DNA of 64,000 nucleotides from Candidatus Omnitrophota bacterium (GCA_043826565.1 JBDRPX010000028.1:16607-80606); one strand, 5' to 3'. Shown: positions 38,048-48,014, counted from the first letter of the stretch. Made by a program: numbers and translations. The notes: generated from the letters alone by a model not told the origin.

Positions 38048-38710
38048 ATGTGCGGAGAAACTGATTTTTATTTTTTGCGCGACCAAATGATTGAAACCCA
38101 GCTTACTTTGCGCGGGATTAAAGACCGAAGGGTTTTGGACGCGTTCCGGAAAGTCGCGCGTCATGAATTTGTATCCCCGGAATTAGAAAAGTCAGCCTAT
38201 GAAGATCATCCTTTGCCGATCGGCAGCGGGCAGACGATTTCCCAGCCGTATATGGTGGCATTGATGAGTGAGCTTTTAGAGCTTAAGGGGCAGGAAAGAG
38301 TCTTAGAGATCGGTACCGGCAGCGGTTATCAGTCGGCGATTCTCGCGCAGTTAGCTAAAGAAGTTTATTCGCTGGAGAGAATTGAAAAATTAGCTCATAA
38401 AACAAGAGAACGTTTCCAAAATCTGGGGATTGACAATGTTTTTATTGAAGTCGGGGACGGGACATTAGGGTTTGAAAAGCATAGTCCGTATGACGCGATT
38501 ATTGTTACGGCCGCGTCTCCGGAAATTCCTCCGGCATTATTATCGCAGTTAAACGACGGGGGCAGATTGGTTATTCCGGTGGGGGGCAGGTCTCAGCAGG
38601 TGCTGACCTGTTGTGTGAGGAAAAAAGAGCAGGTAGAAATTAGAAAAGTATGCGGATGTGTGTTTGTTCCGCTTATTGGTAAGGAAGGATGGAAGAGCGT
38701 ATATGAATGA
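38048..38710 (+). CDS. pcm: Protein-L-isoaspartate O-methyltransferase
   Basis: GQTISQPYMVA, VLEIGTGSGYQ, PYDAIIVTAA, GGRLVIPVG, FVPLIG; start could be GTG 38021. Confidence 0.93.
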   Translation: MCGETDFYFLRDQMIETQLTLRGIKDRRVLDAFRKVARHEFVSPELEKSAYEDHPLPIGSGQTISQPYMVALMSELLELKGQERVLEIGTGSGYQSAILAQLAKEVYSLERIEKLAHKTRERFQNLGIDNVFIEVGDGTLGFEKHSPYDAIIVTAASPEIPPALLSQLNDGGRLVIPVGGRSQQVLTCCVRKKEQVEIRKVCGCVFVPLIGKEGWKSVYE

Positions 38711-39164
38711 AGCAGTTGTAGAATCTTTTAAGGTTGTGGCTCTTTCGGCAATGCCGATTTCGGAATTAAGAGGAGCGATCCCTGTGGGAGTGATGATGGG
38801 GATACCGCCGCTGAAAGTGTTTGTTCTGGCGATTATCGGGAATATTTTGCCGGTTCTGCCGTTATTGTATTTATTGGATCCGGTTTCCGCGAAACTGCGC
38901 AAATTTAAATTATTTAAAAAGTTTTTCGATTGGTTATTCGAACGGACAAAACGAAAAGCGCAGATCGTGGAAAAGTATGAATTATTAGGCCTGATCATTT
39001 TAGTGGCGATCCCTCTGCCGATGACCGGTGCGTGGACCGGATGTATGGCGGCATCATTATTCGGCCTGAATAAAAAACTTTCTTTTATCGCGGTTACGGT
39101 GGGCGTGCTTATCGCGGGAATTATTGTGATGTTGTTAACTCTCGGCGCAAAGAATATTTTTTAA
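38703..39164 (+). CDS. Small multidrug-export-like membrane protein (COG2426)
   Basis: PISELRGAIP and VAIPLPMTGAWTG motifs. Confidence 0.85.
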   Translation: MNEAVVESFKVVALSAMPISELRGAIPVGVMMGIPPLKVFVLAIIGNILPVLPLLYLLDPVSAKLRKFKLFKKFFDWLFERTKRKAQIVEKYELLGLIILVAIPLPMTGAWTGCMAASLFGLNKKLSFIAVTVGVLIAGIIVMLLTLGAKNIF

Positions 39165-39193
39165 TAAAACATTAACATTAAAAATTTAGTATA

Positions 39194-39351
39194 ACAAGGC
39201 AGTTTATATATCGCAAAAACACGTCTTTGAGCTAAGTCTGCTGCGGCATCCTGCCTTGCAGCCGCGCGTTCTTACTATTTTGACATCCTTGTCAAAATCA
39301 CGTTCGAAAGCGCCGCTCAAAGAGAATTTTTGCGCTATCTAGTTAGCTTGT
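39194..39351. other. Highly structured intergenic element (nested inverted repeats; MITE/REP-like or ncRNA)
   Basis: Outer stems ATATCGCAAAAA/TTTTTGCGCTAT and TCTTTGAGC/GCTCAAAGA; two inner hairpins both containing CATCCT. Confidence 0.6.
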
Positions 39352-39403
39352 ACATGTAAACATATATTCAAAATAGTACATGCATTATATATTAGTATTA
39401 AAA

Positions 39404-39453
39404 TTTTTAAGTTTTGAATTTAATTTTTGACTTTTGACCTTTGACTTTTGACT
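39404..39453. repeat. Heptamer tract (nTTTTGA type) just before priA
   Basis: TTTTTGA CTTTTGA CCTTTGA CTTTTGA. Confidence 0.8.
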
Positions 39454-39461
39454 TTACTATT

Positions 39462-41474
39462 ATGTATATACAGGTTGCGGTAAATCTACCGCTAAAAAAT
39501 ATATTTGATTATTCGGTTCCCGCGGAGATGACCGCGGATATCGCTATTGGTAAGCGGGTCTGGGTGCCTTTTCGTAATCGGACGATCATCGGTTATATCA
39601 TCAGTATCAGCGAGCATACGGATATTCGCCGGACCCGGGCGATAAAAGAAGTGATCGATGAAAAACCTATTCTAGCACCGGATATGCTTAAGCTGACCCG
39701 CTGGATCGCGGATTATTATTTTTGTTCCTGGGGTGAGGCTATTGAAGCAGCTATCCCCGGGCCGTTTAAAAAAGGAAAAACTTCTATACGTCTTCGCGAT
39801 AAAGAAGAAGATGATCTTCCTCAAAAGCAGGAGGTTGCCCGGGGGCGGGAGAATCTTTTAAATGCGCATCAGGGAATTGCCTTAGTAGAAATCATCCAGC
39901 ATATTAATAAAGGTGAATTCGGCGCGTATCTTTTGCACGGGATTACGGCCAGTGGAAAAACCGAAGTATATTTTGGGGCGATTGAAGCGGCTTTGCACAA
40001 AGATAAAACCGCGATCGTGTTTGTCCCGGAAATCGCGCTTACTCCGCAGACTTTAGAACGGTTTGAGCGGTGCTTTGGTAAAGACAAGCTTGCGGTCGCG
40101 CACAGCCGTTTAAGTAATAGCGAAAAATTCATACAGTGGCAGAGGATTAAAAGCGGAGAAGTAAAAATTGTTGTCGGCCCGCGTTCGGCGATATTTACGC
40201 CGTTGGAAAATCTGGGGGTAATTGTTGTTGACGAAGAACATGAAAATACCTATAAACAGGAAGATGTGCCTCGTTATAATCTTGTAACAACAGCTATTAA
40301 GCGGGCGCAGATTTCTCATGCCGTGGTGATCTTAGGCAGTGCTACTCCTTCTTTAGAGTCCGCCTATCGCGCGAAAAAGGGTATTTTAAAATTAATTGAA
40401 TTGCCGGAACGCATAGAGGGCAGTGATCTGCCCACAGTGCAGATAGTGGATATGCGCGGCCAGCGCCGGATTGTAAAACGCCAGCCGATCATATCTAAAA
40501 TTTTAGAGGATAATATTAACCGCTGTTTAAATAAAAAAGAGCAGATAATTCTTTTTCTTAACCGCCGGGGGTTTTCTACATTTATCCACTGCGCAAAGTG
40601 CGGTTATGTGGTGGGGTGTAAACGCTGTAATGTCGCTTTAGTGCATCATTTTGACCGGCAGAATCTTATCTGCCATCATTGTAATTATAAAACATCTTTG
40701 CCGAAAATATGCCCGGAATGTAATAGCGATTACTTGCGTTATGTCGGAGCGGGAACCCAAAAAGTGGAAAGCGAATTACACCGCCTTTTTCCGAACGCGG
40801 CTATCGGCCGGATGGATTCGGATGCTTTAGCGAAAAAGACCGCGCATTTTGAGGCTTTTGAGGATTTTAAATCCCGGAAAATCGATATTATGGTCGGTAC
40901 GCAGGTACTGGCGAAAGGTCTTGATTTTCCCAATGTTACTTTAGTCGGAGTAATATCCGCGGATATTACTTTAAATATCCCGGATTTCCGGGCTTCGGAG
41001 AGGACGTTTTCTTTATTGACGCAGGTTGCCGGCCGGGCCGGCCGCGGAAAAACTCCGGGCAAGGTTATTATCCAGACGTATACTCCGGAGCACTATGCGA
41101 TTCAATGCGCGCTAAAGCATGATTATGATAGTTTCTATAAGCAGGAGATCGTGTTTCGCGAGCAATTAAAACTGCCTCCTTTTGTGGAGATGGTATCCGT
41201 AATGCTGCGTTCGAAAAAAGAAGAGAACGCGATCAAGACCGCGCAAACTTTGGCAAATCTTTTAAGTATTAAAAATAAGGACAAAGGTATTCTGATTATG
41301 GGGCCGTCGCCATTACCGGTGGCCAAGCTGCGCGGATATCACCGCTGGGCCGTGACTTTAAAAGGCGCGGATGTTTTAAAAATGAATAAACTTCTGGAAT
41401 TGTGTTTTGCCAACTGGAAACCTTCATCAACAGTTAAGATGGCGGTGGATGTTGAGCCGCGGATGGTGGTTTAG
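39462..41474 (+). CDS. priA: Primosomal protein N'
   Basis: HGITASGKTEVY, DEEH, GSATPS, LNRRG, four CxxC pairs, KGLDFP, QVAGRAGR. Confidence 0.96.
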   Translation: MYIQVAVNLPLKNIFDYSVPAEMTADIAIGKRVWVPFRNRTIIGYIISISEHTDIRRTRAIKEVIDEKPILAPDMLKLTRWIADYYFCSWGEAIEAAIPGPFKKGKTSIRLRDKEEDDLPQKQEVARGRENLLNAHQGIALVEIIQHINKGEFGAYLLHGITASGKTEVYFGAIEAALHKDKTAIVFVPEIALTPQTLERFERCFGKDKLAVAHSRLSNSEKFIQWQRIKSGEVKIVVGPRSAIFTPLENLGVIVVDEEHENTYKQEDVPRYNLVTTAIKRAQISHAVVILGSATPSLESAYRAKKGILKLIELPERIEGSDLPTVQIVDMRGQRRIVKRQPIISKILEDNINRCLNKKEQIILFLNRRGFSTFIHCAKCGYVVGCKRCNVALVHHFDRQNLICHHCNYKTSLPKICPECNSDYLRYVGAGTQKVESELHRLFPNAAIGRMDSDALAKKTAHFEAFEDFKSRKIDIMVGTQVLAKGLDFPNVTLVGVISADITLNIPDFRASERTFSLLTQVAGRAGRGKTPGKVIIQTYTPEHYAIQCALKHDYDSFYKQEIVFREQLKLPPFVEMVSVMLRSKKEENAIKTAQTLANLLSIKNKDKGILIMGPSPLPVAKLRGYHRWAVTLKGADVLKMNKLLELCFANWKPSSTVKMAVDVEPRMVV

Positions 41475-42070
41475 GGATTATCAAAGCCTTCTTCCATGAC
41501 TCCGAAGGCGGCGATGTTTTTAAGGATATTTTCCGCTTCCAGATGATGCGGATTAATTTTTAGCAGCATTTGCGCAATAAGCTTTGCTTTTTGATAATCT
41601 TTATCCTGTAAATAAAGTTGAGCCAGTTCCGCGAGTACTTTGAGATTATTATTATTTATTAAGAGCGCTTCTTCAAGCGAAACCTTAGCCAATGCTCTTT
41701 TTTGCTGCTGAATGAAAAGTGTTGCCAACTTATAAAAAGCTGATATATTATCAGGATTAAGCAGTATGATTTTTTGCAGGACAGTAATTGCCGGATCCGG
41801 ATTATTTTTTAATAGTAAAAAAATAAGTTTAAAATTTAAAGTTAAAATTTTTGTTTGTTTGAAGAGCATATTAAAAATTGATGATTTTGAGGTTTTATTG
41901 CTTTCCCGGATTGCGGTCCAGAGATTGTGGAGGCATTCCGGTGAATCAGGATTTGTTTTAAGTACTTCCTGAAATAGTTCCACAGCATAGGCATAATTAT
42001 TTTTTCGTAAAGCAGAAATGCCTTTTTGATAGAACGGATTGTCCTGGATTGAAAAATTTTCACTATTCAT
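41471..42070 (-). CDS. TPR-repeat protein
   Basis: TPR pattern (YQKG..A....NY..AVELF..VL..NPD); fills the gap between priA and fmt. Confidence 0.7.
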   Translation of the reverse strand: MNSENFSIQDNPFYQKGISALRKNNYAYAVELFQEVLKTNPDSPECLHNLWTAIRESNKTSKSSIFNMLFKQTKILTLNFKLIFLLLKNNPDPAITVLQKIILLNPDNISAFYKLATLFIQQQKRALAKVSLEEALLINNNNLKVLAELAQLYLQDKDYQKAKLIAQMLLKINPHHLEAENILKNIAAFGVMEEGFDNP

Positions 42071-42115
42071 GATATAGTATTGTAGCAAATAAAGATGAAA
42101 ATTGAAAGATGAGAG

Positions 42116-43057
42116 ATGAAAATTGTATTTTTCGGATCTTCAGAGTTTGCTGTAGAAAGCCTGAAAAAACTTATCGATAAATATGATGTTGTTGCGGTGT
42201 TTACCCGGCCGGATCGTCCCAAGGGCCGGCATTTGCATTTAAGCAAGACTCCGGTTAAAATATATACCGAGGAGAGGGGGCTTACTCTATTGCAGCCGGA
42301 AGATGCCGGCAGTGCGGAATCTATTCTTCAGCTTAAAAGCTATGCCGCGGATTTATTTGTTGTAGTCAGTTACGGAACGATACTTAGTAAACAGGTTTTG
42401 GAAATTCCAGGGCAGTGCTGTATAAATGTGCATGCGTCATTGCTTCCGCGCTGGAGAGGCGCGGCGCCGATCAACCGGGCGGTTATGAGCCGTGATGAGC
42501 AGACCGGCGTTAGTATTATCCGGATGAATGAAGCCATGGATGCCGGAGATGTTATCTTAACCAAAAGCATAAGTATCGGGGAAGATGATTCGATAGTACT
42601 TTTTGATAAACTTGCTAAACTCGGAGCAGAGGCGCTGATCCAGGCCGTTGATCAGATCATTGCCGGAACAGCACAGTTTATTCCTCAGGATGAAAATGAA
42701 ATAACTATTGCGCATAAGCTTAAGAAAAGCGGCGGGCTTATTGATTGGCAGAATAAAGCTCTGGATATTCATAGCCAAGTCCGCGGACTTTTGCCATGGC
42801 CGTGCGCGTTTGCATATTATAAGGAAAAGTTTTTAAAAATTTTAAAAACAAGTGTTGCGGATAGTAATAAAGGTTTTTCGGCCGGAGAGATTATTGCCGC
42901 TGATCAGAAAGAAGGTATTATTGTCGCCTGCGGAGAAGGGGCGATCCTGATCGAGCAATTGCAGATTGAAGGCAGACGGGCAATGTCCGCGCATGATTTT
43001 TTATTAGGACATAAAATGATTCCCGGAGAAAAACTGGGAGATAAATGGGAAAAATAG
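42116..43057 (+). CDS. fmt: Methionyl-tRNA formyltransferase
   Basis: PDRPKGR, INVHASLLPRWRGAAPI, MDAGD. Confidence 0.96.
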   Translation: MKIVFFGSSEFAVESLKKLIDKYDVVAVFTRPDRPKGRHLHLSKTPVKIYTEERGLTLLQPEDAGSAESILQLKSYAADLFVVVSYGTILSKQVLEIPGQCCINVHASLLPRWRGAAPINRAVMSRDEQTGVSIIRMNEAMDAGDVILTKSISIGEDDSIVLFDKLAKLGAEALIQAVDQIIAGTAQFIPQDENEITIAHKLKKSGGLIDWQNKALDIHSQVRGLLPWPCAFAYYKEKFLKILKTSVADSNKGFSAGEIIAADQKEGIIVACGEGAILIEQLQIEGRRAMSAHDFLLGHKMIPGEKLGDKWEK

Positions 43058-43058
43058 T

Positions 43059-44078
43059 ATGCCGGAATTAAGAAAAGATCCTTTAATCGGAAGATGGATA
43101 ATTATTGCCGCAGAACGCGGTAAGCGGCCGCATGATTTTATTGTCGAGCGTAAAGCTCCCAAGGAAGAAGACTGTCCTTTTTGCCAAGGCCAGGAACAGG
43201 AAACTCCTCCGGAAATAACTTCTGTACGGGATAATGGAACTGCTCCGGATTCTCCCGGATGGCAGGTGCGGGTTATCCCGAGTGCCCTGCCGCTAATGCA
43301 GATAGAAGGAGATATGGGGCGGCGCGGTAAAGGGATGTATGATCTTATGAACGGTATCGGGGCTCATGAACTTATTATTGATACTCCGGAGCATATCGCG
43401 AATATCGCGGATTTAGACCAGGAGCAGATCGCTAAGGTTTTTCGAGTATATGCCGAGCGCATGAAAGACTTAGAAGGCGATGAGCGGATAAAGTATGTTT
43501 TGATTTTTAAGAATTACGGCATTATTGCCGGAGCCAGTGCTTTGGGGCATTCCCGGACGCAGTTAATCGCGATGCCGGTCAACCCCCGCCGGGTCAAAGA
43601 AGAACTTGTCGGAGCGAGGCGTTACTATGAGTATCGTGAACGATGTATTTTTTGCGATATGATCAAGCAGGAAATTGATACCGATGCCCGGATCATTGCC
43701 CGGGAAGAAGGGTTTATTGCGATTGCGCCGTACGCCTCACGTTTTCCTTTTGAAATAATGGTTTTGCCGGAGAAGCATTGCTGTGATTTTTATACTATTG
43801 AAAATACGCTTGGTTTAGCAAAAATAATGAAGAAGGTTATGAAAAAATTATCGGTCGGCTTAAAAGATCCGCCGTATAATTATATTATTCATTCCGCGCC
43901 TTTTCGCAGAATGGTTTCCGCGGGTTATTGGAAAACTATTGATTATGATTATCATTGGCATATTGAGATTATGCCGAGATTGACAAAAGTTGCCGGATTT
44001 GAGTGGGGCAGCGGGTTTTATATTAATCCGACTCCGCCGGAACAGGCCGCGGAATTTTTGAAAGGGGTAAGGATTTAA
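43059..44078 (+). CDS. galT: GalT-family uridylyltransferase paralogue lacking the catalytic His (HSRTQ)
   Basis: ELRKDP..RGKRP, CPFC, GAHE, HWHIEI.P, AGFEWGSG; HxH motif altered. Confidence 0.85.
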   Translation: MPELRKDPLIGRWIIIAAERGKRPHDFIVERKAPKEEDCPFCQGQEQETPPEITSVRDNGTAPDSPGWQVRVIPSALPLMQIEGDMGRRGKGMYDLMNGIGAHELIIDTPEHIANIADLDQEQIAKVFRVYAERMKDLEGDERIKYVLIFKNYGIIAGASALGHSRTQLIAMPVNPRRVKEELVGARRYYEYRERCIFCDMIKQEIDTDARIIAREEGFIAIAPYASRFPFEIMVLPEKHCCDFYTIENTLGLAKIMKKVMKKLSVGLKDPPYNYIIHSAPFRRMVSAGYWKTIDYDYHWHIEIMPRLTKVAGFEWGSGFYINPTPPEQAAEFLKGVRI

Positions 44079-44094
44079 ATAATAAGTAATTAAT

Positions 44095-44233
44095 TCAAAA
44101 GTCAAAGGGCAAAAGTCAAAACTACAAGTTAAAATTCAAAATTAAAAAGAAAATAATTTTAAAAAATTTAGTTAACAAAAACTTTTGATTTTTGAATTGA
44201 ATTTTTGAGTTTTGCATTTTAAGTTTTGACTTT
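44095..44233. repeat. Inverted heptamer element (TCAAAAn / nTTTTGA type) between the galT genes
   Basis: Left TCAAAAG TCAAAGG GCAAAAG TCAAAAC; right CTTTTGA TTTTTGA .. GTTTTGC ATTTTAA GTTTTGA. Confidence 0.8.
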
Positions 44234-44254
44234 AATATGATAGGAAGAAAAAAT

Positions 44255-45265
44255 ATGCAGCAGTTACGACGTGACCCAATTTTAGGCCGATGGATTATTG
44301 TGCATTATGACCGGGAAAAAGGGCCTCAGGATTATCAGGTTGAAGCCGTTAAAAAAGATGACAAAATGAAAGTCTGTCCTTTTTGCCCGGGACATGAGGT
44401 AAAAACTCCCGTGGAAATATATGTAGATAGAACTCCGAAAGCGCATTCGGAAGGCCCGGATTGGAATTTACGGGTTATTGCTAATAAATTTCCCGCGCTT
44501 TGTGTCGAAGGTGATTTATGCCGGGAGGGGTTGGGGATATATGATCAAATGAACGGCGTGGGAGCGCATGAAGTTATTATCGAGACACCGTATCATGATA
44601 AGGACCTGGGTGATTTACCGGTAGCGGATGTTAAAAAAGTCATCCTGGCTTATAAACACAGGTGTCTTGATCTAAAGAGAGATACCCGTTTTCAATATAT
44701 ATTAATATTTAAAAATCATGGAGCTCCGGCCGGAGCTTCTTTAGAACATTCCCATTCCCAGCTGATCGTTCTGCCGATTATGCCGAAAAAGGTTTTGCAG
44801 GCAATACAGGGGGCGGAGAATTATTATAAGTTTAAAGAACGCTGTGTGTATTGCGATATTATCCATCAGGAATTAGAGGATAAAGAGAGGCTGGTTTACG
44901 AGAATAAAAATTTTGTCGCTTTTGCTCCGTTTGCTTCCAGTTCGCCGTTTGAGACCTGGATAATTCCCAAGCGCCATGTTTCCCATTTTTATAATATTTC
45001 CGACGAACTTATCGAAGATTGCGCGGATATGCTGCGGGAGATTCTCTGGAGATTAAAAAAAGTATTGACAGACCCGCCATTTAATTTTATTATTAACACT
45101 GCTCCTATTCAGCGTGAAGAGGAGCTTAGTTTTTATCACTGGCACATAGAGATAGTGCCAAAACTCACCAGAGCTGCCGGGTTTGAATGGGGAACCGGTT
45201 TTTATATAAACCCGAGCCCGCCGGAAAAAGCTGCGCAATGGTTGCGCGAAGCAAAGAAAAAATAG
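44255..45265 (+). CDS. galT: Galactose-1-phosphate uridylyltransferase family protein (intact HSHSQ)
   Basis: CPFCPG, NKFPAL, FKNHG..AGASLEHSHSQ, AGFEWGTG. Confidence 0.9.
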   Translation: MQQLRRDPILGRWIIVHYDREKGPQDYQVEAVKKDDKMKVCPFCPGHEVKTPVEIYVDRTPKAHSEGPDWNLRVIANKFPALCVEGDLCREGLGIYDQMNGVGAHEVIIETPYHDKDLGDLPVADVKKVILAYKHRCLDLKRDTRFQYILIFKNHGAPAGASLEHSHSQLIVLPIMPKKVLQAIQGAENYYKFKERCVYCDIIHQELEDKERLVYENKNFVAFAPFASSSPFETWIIPKRHVSHFYNISDELIEDCADMLREILWRLKKVLTDPPFNFIINTAPIQREEELSFYHWHIEIVPKLTRAAGFEWGTGFYINPSPPEKAAQWLREAKKK

Positions 45266-45380
45266 CATATAGCGGGTAGCGTTTAGCGGATAGGAAAAAC
45301 CAAAGACACAAAACAAATAATTGTAAAGTTTGTGCTTACCGCGGCCTGTGTAATGTAAACAATGGAGAGGAGGAGTTACA

Positions 45381-46391
45381 GTGGGAGTAAAAATAGGTAT
45401 TAATGGTTTTGGGAGAATCGGGCGTCATGTATTCAAAATAGCATTTGCTAAAAAAGATATCGAGGTGGTGGCGATCAATGATATTACTGACGCGAAGACA
45501 CTTGCGCATCTTTTAAAATATGATTCAATTTACGGCAGATTCGGTAAAGATGTAACCGTTGACGGAGAGGCGATTGTTATCGACGGTAAGAAAATAAAAA
45601 TCTCCGCGGAAAGAGATCCCAAGAATTTGCCCTGGAAAGAATTAGGGGTAGATGTGGTTATTGAATCCACCGGGGTGTTTGTCAAGAAAGAACAATGTAT
45701 GTGGCATGTCGAAGCCGGGGCGAAAAAAGTCATTCTTACAGTTCCGTCCAAGGATAAAGTAGATAATACAATTGTGCTTGGAGTTAATGATGATGATTTA
45801 AGAGCGGAAGATATCGTAGTTTCCAATGCTTCCTGTACAACTAACTGCTTAGCTCCGGTAGCTAAGGTATTACATGATAATTTTGGGATAGTAGAAGGGT
45901 TGATGACAACAATTCACTCTTACACAAATGACCAGAGAATTCTTGATCTGCCGCATTCTGATTTAAGGAGAGCAAGAGCAGCGGCACTTTCGATGATTCC
46001 GACAACAACCGGTGCGGCAAAGGCTGTGGGCTTGGTTATTCCTGCGCTTAACGGTAAGTTAAACGGAATGGCTATTCGGGTGCCGACACCTACCGGGTCA
46101 CTGGTTGATTTGGTAGTTCAGCTGGAAAAAGATGCTTCTATTGAGCAAATTAATGCCGCGGTTAAAGCCGCTGCGGAAGGCCCGATGAAAGGTATTCTTT
46201 ATTATTGTGTGGATCCGATTGTGTCTGCGGATGTCATCGGAGATGCGCATTCTTCAGTTTTTGATTCTATTGCGACAATGAAGATCGGAAAGGGTATGGT
46301 TAAAGTCCTCTCCTGGTATGATAATGAATGGGGATATTCTAATAGAGTAGTAGATCTTATTAGCTTACTGGCTAAAAAGGCCGCCAAGTAG
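45381..46391 (+). CDS. gap: Type I glyceraldehyde-3-phosphate dehydrogenase
   Basis: [31 protein letters not shown]; GTG start with AGGAG RBS. Confidence 0.98.
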   Translation: MGVKIGINGFGRIGRHVFKIAFAKKDIEVVAINDITDAKTLAHLLKYDSIYGRFGKDVTVDGEAIVIDGKKIKISAERDPKNLPWKELGVDVVIESTGVFVKKEQCMWHVEAGAKKVILTVPSKDKVDNTIVLGVNDDDLRAEDIVVSNASCTTNCLAPVAKVLHDNFGIVEGLMTTIHSYTNDQRILDLPHSDLRRARAAALSMIPTTTGAAKAVGLVIPALNGKLNGMAIRVPTPTGSLVDLVVQLEKDASIEQINAAVKAAAEGPMKGILYYCVDPIVSADVIGDAHSSVFDSIATMKIGKGMVKVLSWYDNEWGYSNRVVDLISLLAKKAAK

Positions 46392-46481
46392 AAACTGAAA
46401 GTTTCCAGTGGCGAGCCTCGCCGTGGGTAGCTTCAAAGAGTTAACCCGGCGGGGACATAGATGTTAATAACTAATATATAT

Positions 46482-46517
46482 AAGTGCAGAGAATTGATTT
46501 TTCTCTGCACTTTTTTT
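46482..46517 (+). terminator. Rho-independent terminator after gap
   Basis: AAGTGCAGAGAA / TTCTCTGCACTT stem running into a T7 tract. Confidence 0.85.
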
Positions 46518-46584
46518 ATAGTACTTTTTTATAGTACTTCTTTTTCAGCAACAGGTTAATGCTTGTTTTGGTAGGATATATTAC

Positions 46585-46613
46585 TTGACAATAATTACAA
46601 TATATGCTATTTT
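46585..46613 (+). promoter_or_regulatory. Sigma70-type promoter upstream of the MerR-like/secretin cluster
   Basis: TTGACA - 17 bp - TG.TATTTT. Confidence 0.55.
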
Positions 46614-46735
46614 AAAATTGTTTAAAATAGGGGAGTTGTATACGCTCTCAGGAAAATAAAATCCTGCCTTTTCCAGGGATGGGCGTGTTTATATTTAAAT
46701 GGAGTTAATATCTTTTTAATGATTTAGGAGTGGAC

Positions 46736-46981
46736 ATGGACGATGTATTGACCGCAATGGATGTGGTTAAAGAATTCAACATTTCATATCAAACATTAAA
46801 TCACTATACCAATTTTGGTCTGCTTAACGCGGTTAAAAAAAGAGGCTTAGGCAATAAGCGTTTATATGCCGCATCCGAAGTCAGAAGTAATCTCCAGAGA
46901 ATCGATCAATTAAAAGAAAAAGGATATCCTTTAAAAATCATTGTAGATATCATAAAAGAAAATGATGTTTTACCGGTATAA
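46736..46981 (+). CDS. Small MerR-type HTH DNA-binding protein
   Basis: ISYQTLNHYTNFGLL....G..RLY.......I..LK.KGYPL..I; AGGAG RBS. Confidence 0.8.
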   Translation: MDDVLTAMDVVKEFNISYQTLNHYTNFGLLNAVKKRGLGNKRLYAASEVRSNLQRIDQLKEKGYPLKIIVDIIKENDVLPV

Positions 46982-47126
46982 CTTGGTATCTTTGTGTATG
47001 CCTGCCGGCTGGCAGGGAAGGAAAGGAATATAAAATGGAGTTTCGTGAGAAACAGTATTCTGTTGTAACATGGTTGAGCTATCCCTTTTTAAAGGGGGCT
47101 GTTCTTTATCTTTTGCGAGGTGAGAG

Positions 47127-47987
47127 ATGAGTTACTATAAAATACTGGGGTTTAATAAAGAGCCGTTTTCTACCAGCCCTGATCCATCCTTTTTTTATGA
47201 ATCCCGGGATCATGAACGGGCACTAACTAATCTGATGATTGAATTGCGGTTAAAGCGCGGCCTGTCGGTTATTTTGGGAGATGTCGGTACGGGCAAGACG
47301 ACTCTCAGCCGTAAGCTTTATCAGCTGATCAGATCCCAGGAAGGGTTTAAATGTCATATGATCCTTGATCCTGTCTATAGCGATGAGGAGATTTTTTTGA
47401 CTTCTCTGGTCAGGAATTTTGAGGTGGAACCGAATAATTTCGGGCCGGCAATCCTGAATCTTAAAGAAGCATTGGAAAAATTTCTTTATCAGCAGGGCGT
47501 AGAAAAAGATCAGACGGTTGTTTTGATTATCGATGAAGCGCAAAAACTTAATGAGGTAACCTTGGAAGCTTTGCGCGTACTTCTTAATTACGAAACAAAT
47601 GAATTTAAACTCCTGCAGCTTGTCTTGCTGGGACAAATGGAATTACATTCAAAGATTATTAATATCCCTAATTTTATTGATCGGATCAGCTTCAAATACA
47701 CTCTTAATCCGCTTGATGGTGAAGAGGTGCGTCAGATGATCGAGTTTCGCGTGCGTCAAGCCGGATACCAGTCAAATATACATTTGTTCCTTGACCGGGC
47801 CATAAAAGAAATACATCGTCACACCGGAGGTTATCCCCGCCGGATCAATATGCTTTGTCATAAATTGCTTAAGCAGTTGGTTATGAAAAACCAGTTTGTT
47901 GTGGATGAATCATTGGTCAAAGAAGTGGTTGAAGAAGAAACGCGCCAAGGGCTGCAATGGATAAGGCACCCTTCGGTAGTCGCATAA
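47127..47987 (+). CDS. ExeA/GspA-type AAA ATPase
   Basis: EPFSTSPDPSFFY, GDVGTGKTT, IIDEAQ, LLGQ.EL, GGYPRRINMLC. Confidence 0.9.
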   Translation: MSYYKILGFNKEPFSTSPDPSFFYESRDHERALTNLMIELRLKRGLSVILGDVGTGKTTLSRKLYQLIRSQEGFKCHMILDPVYSDEEIFLTSLVRNFEVEPNNFGPAILNLKEALEKFLYQQGVEKDQTVVLIIDEAQKLNEVTLEALRVLLNYETNEFKLLQLVLLGQMELHSKIINIPNFIDRISFKYTLNPLDGEEVRQMIEFRVRQAGYQSNIHLFLDRAIKEIHRHTGGYPRRINMLCHKLLKQLVMKNQFVVDESLVKEVVEEETRQGLQWIRHPSVVA

Positions 47988-48014
47988 CCTCAAAAGGTTT
48001 ATAAAATAATTAAA

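Noticed and set aside
39264-39315. GTTCGAA suggesting a tRNA T-loop
   Set aside because: No acceptor stem, D-arm or anticodon arm at tRNA spacing; it belongs to a larger hairpin.
46404-46456. GC-rich imperfect hairpin after gap as a riboswitch or ncRNA
   Set aside because: No recognised aptamer consensus; it lies between the gap stop and its terminator, so a 3' UTR structure suffices.
46985-47126. c-di-GMP riboswitch upstream of the ExeA/secretin genes
   Set aside because: Short hairpins are present (CCTGCC-GGCT-GGCAGG; CCCTTT-TT-AAAGGG) but no GEMM consensus could be matched by eye.
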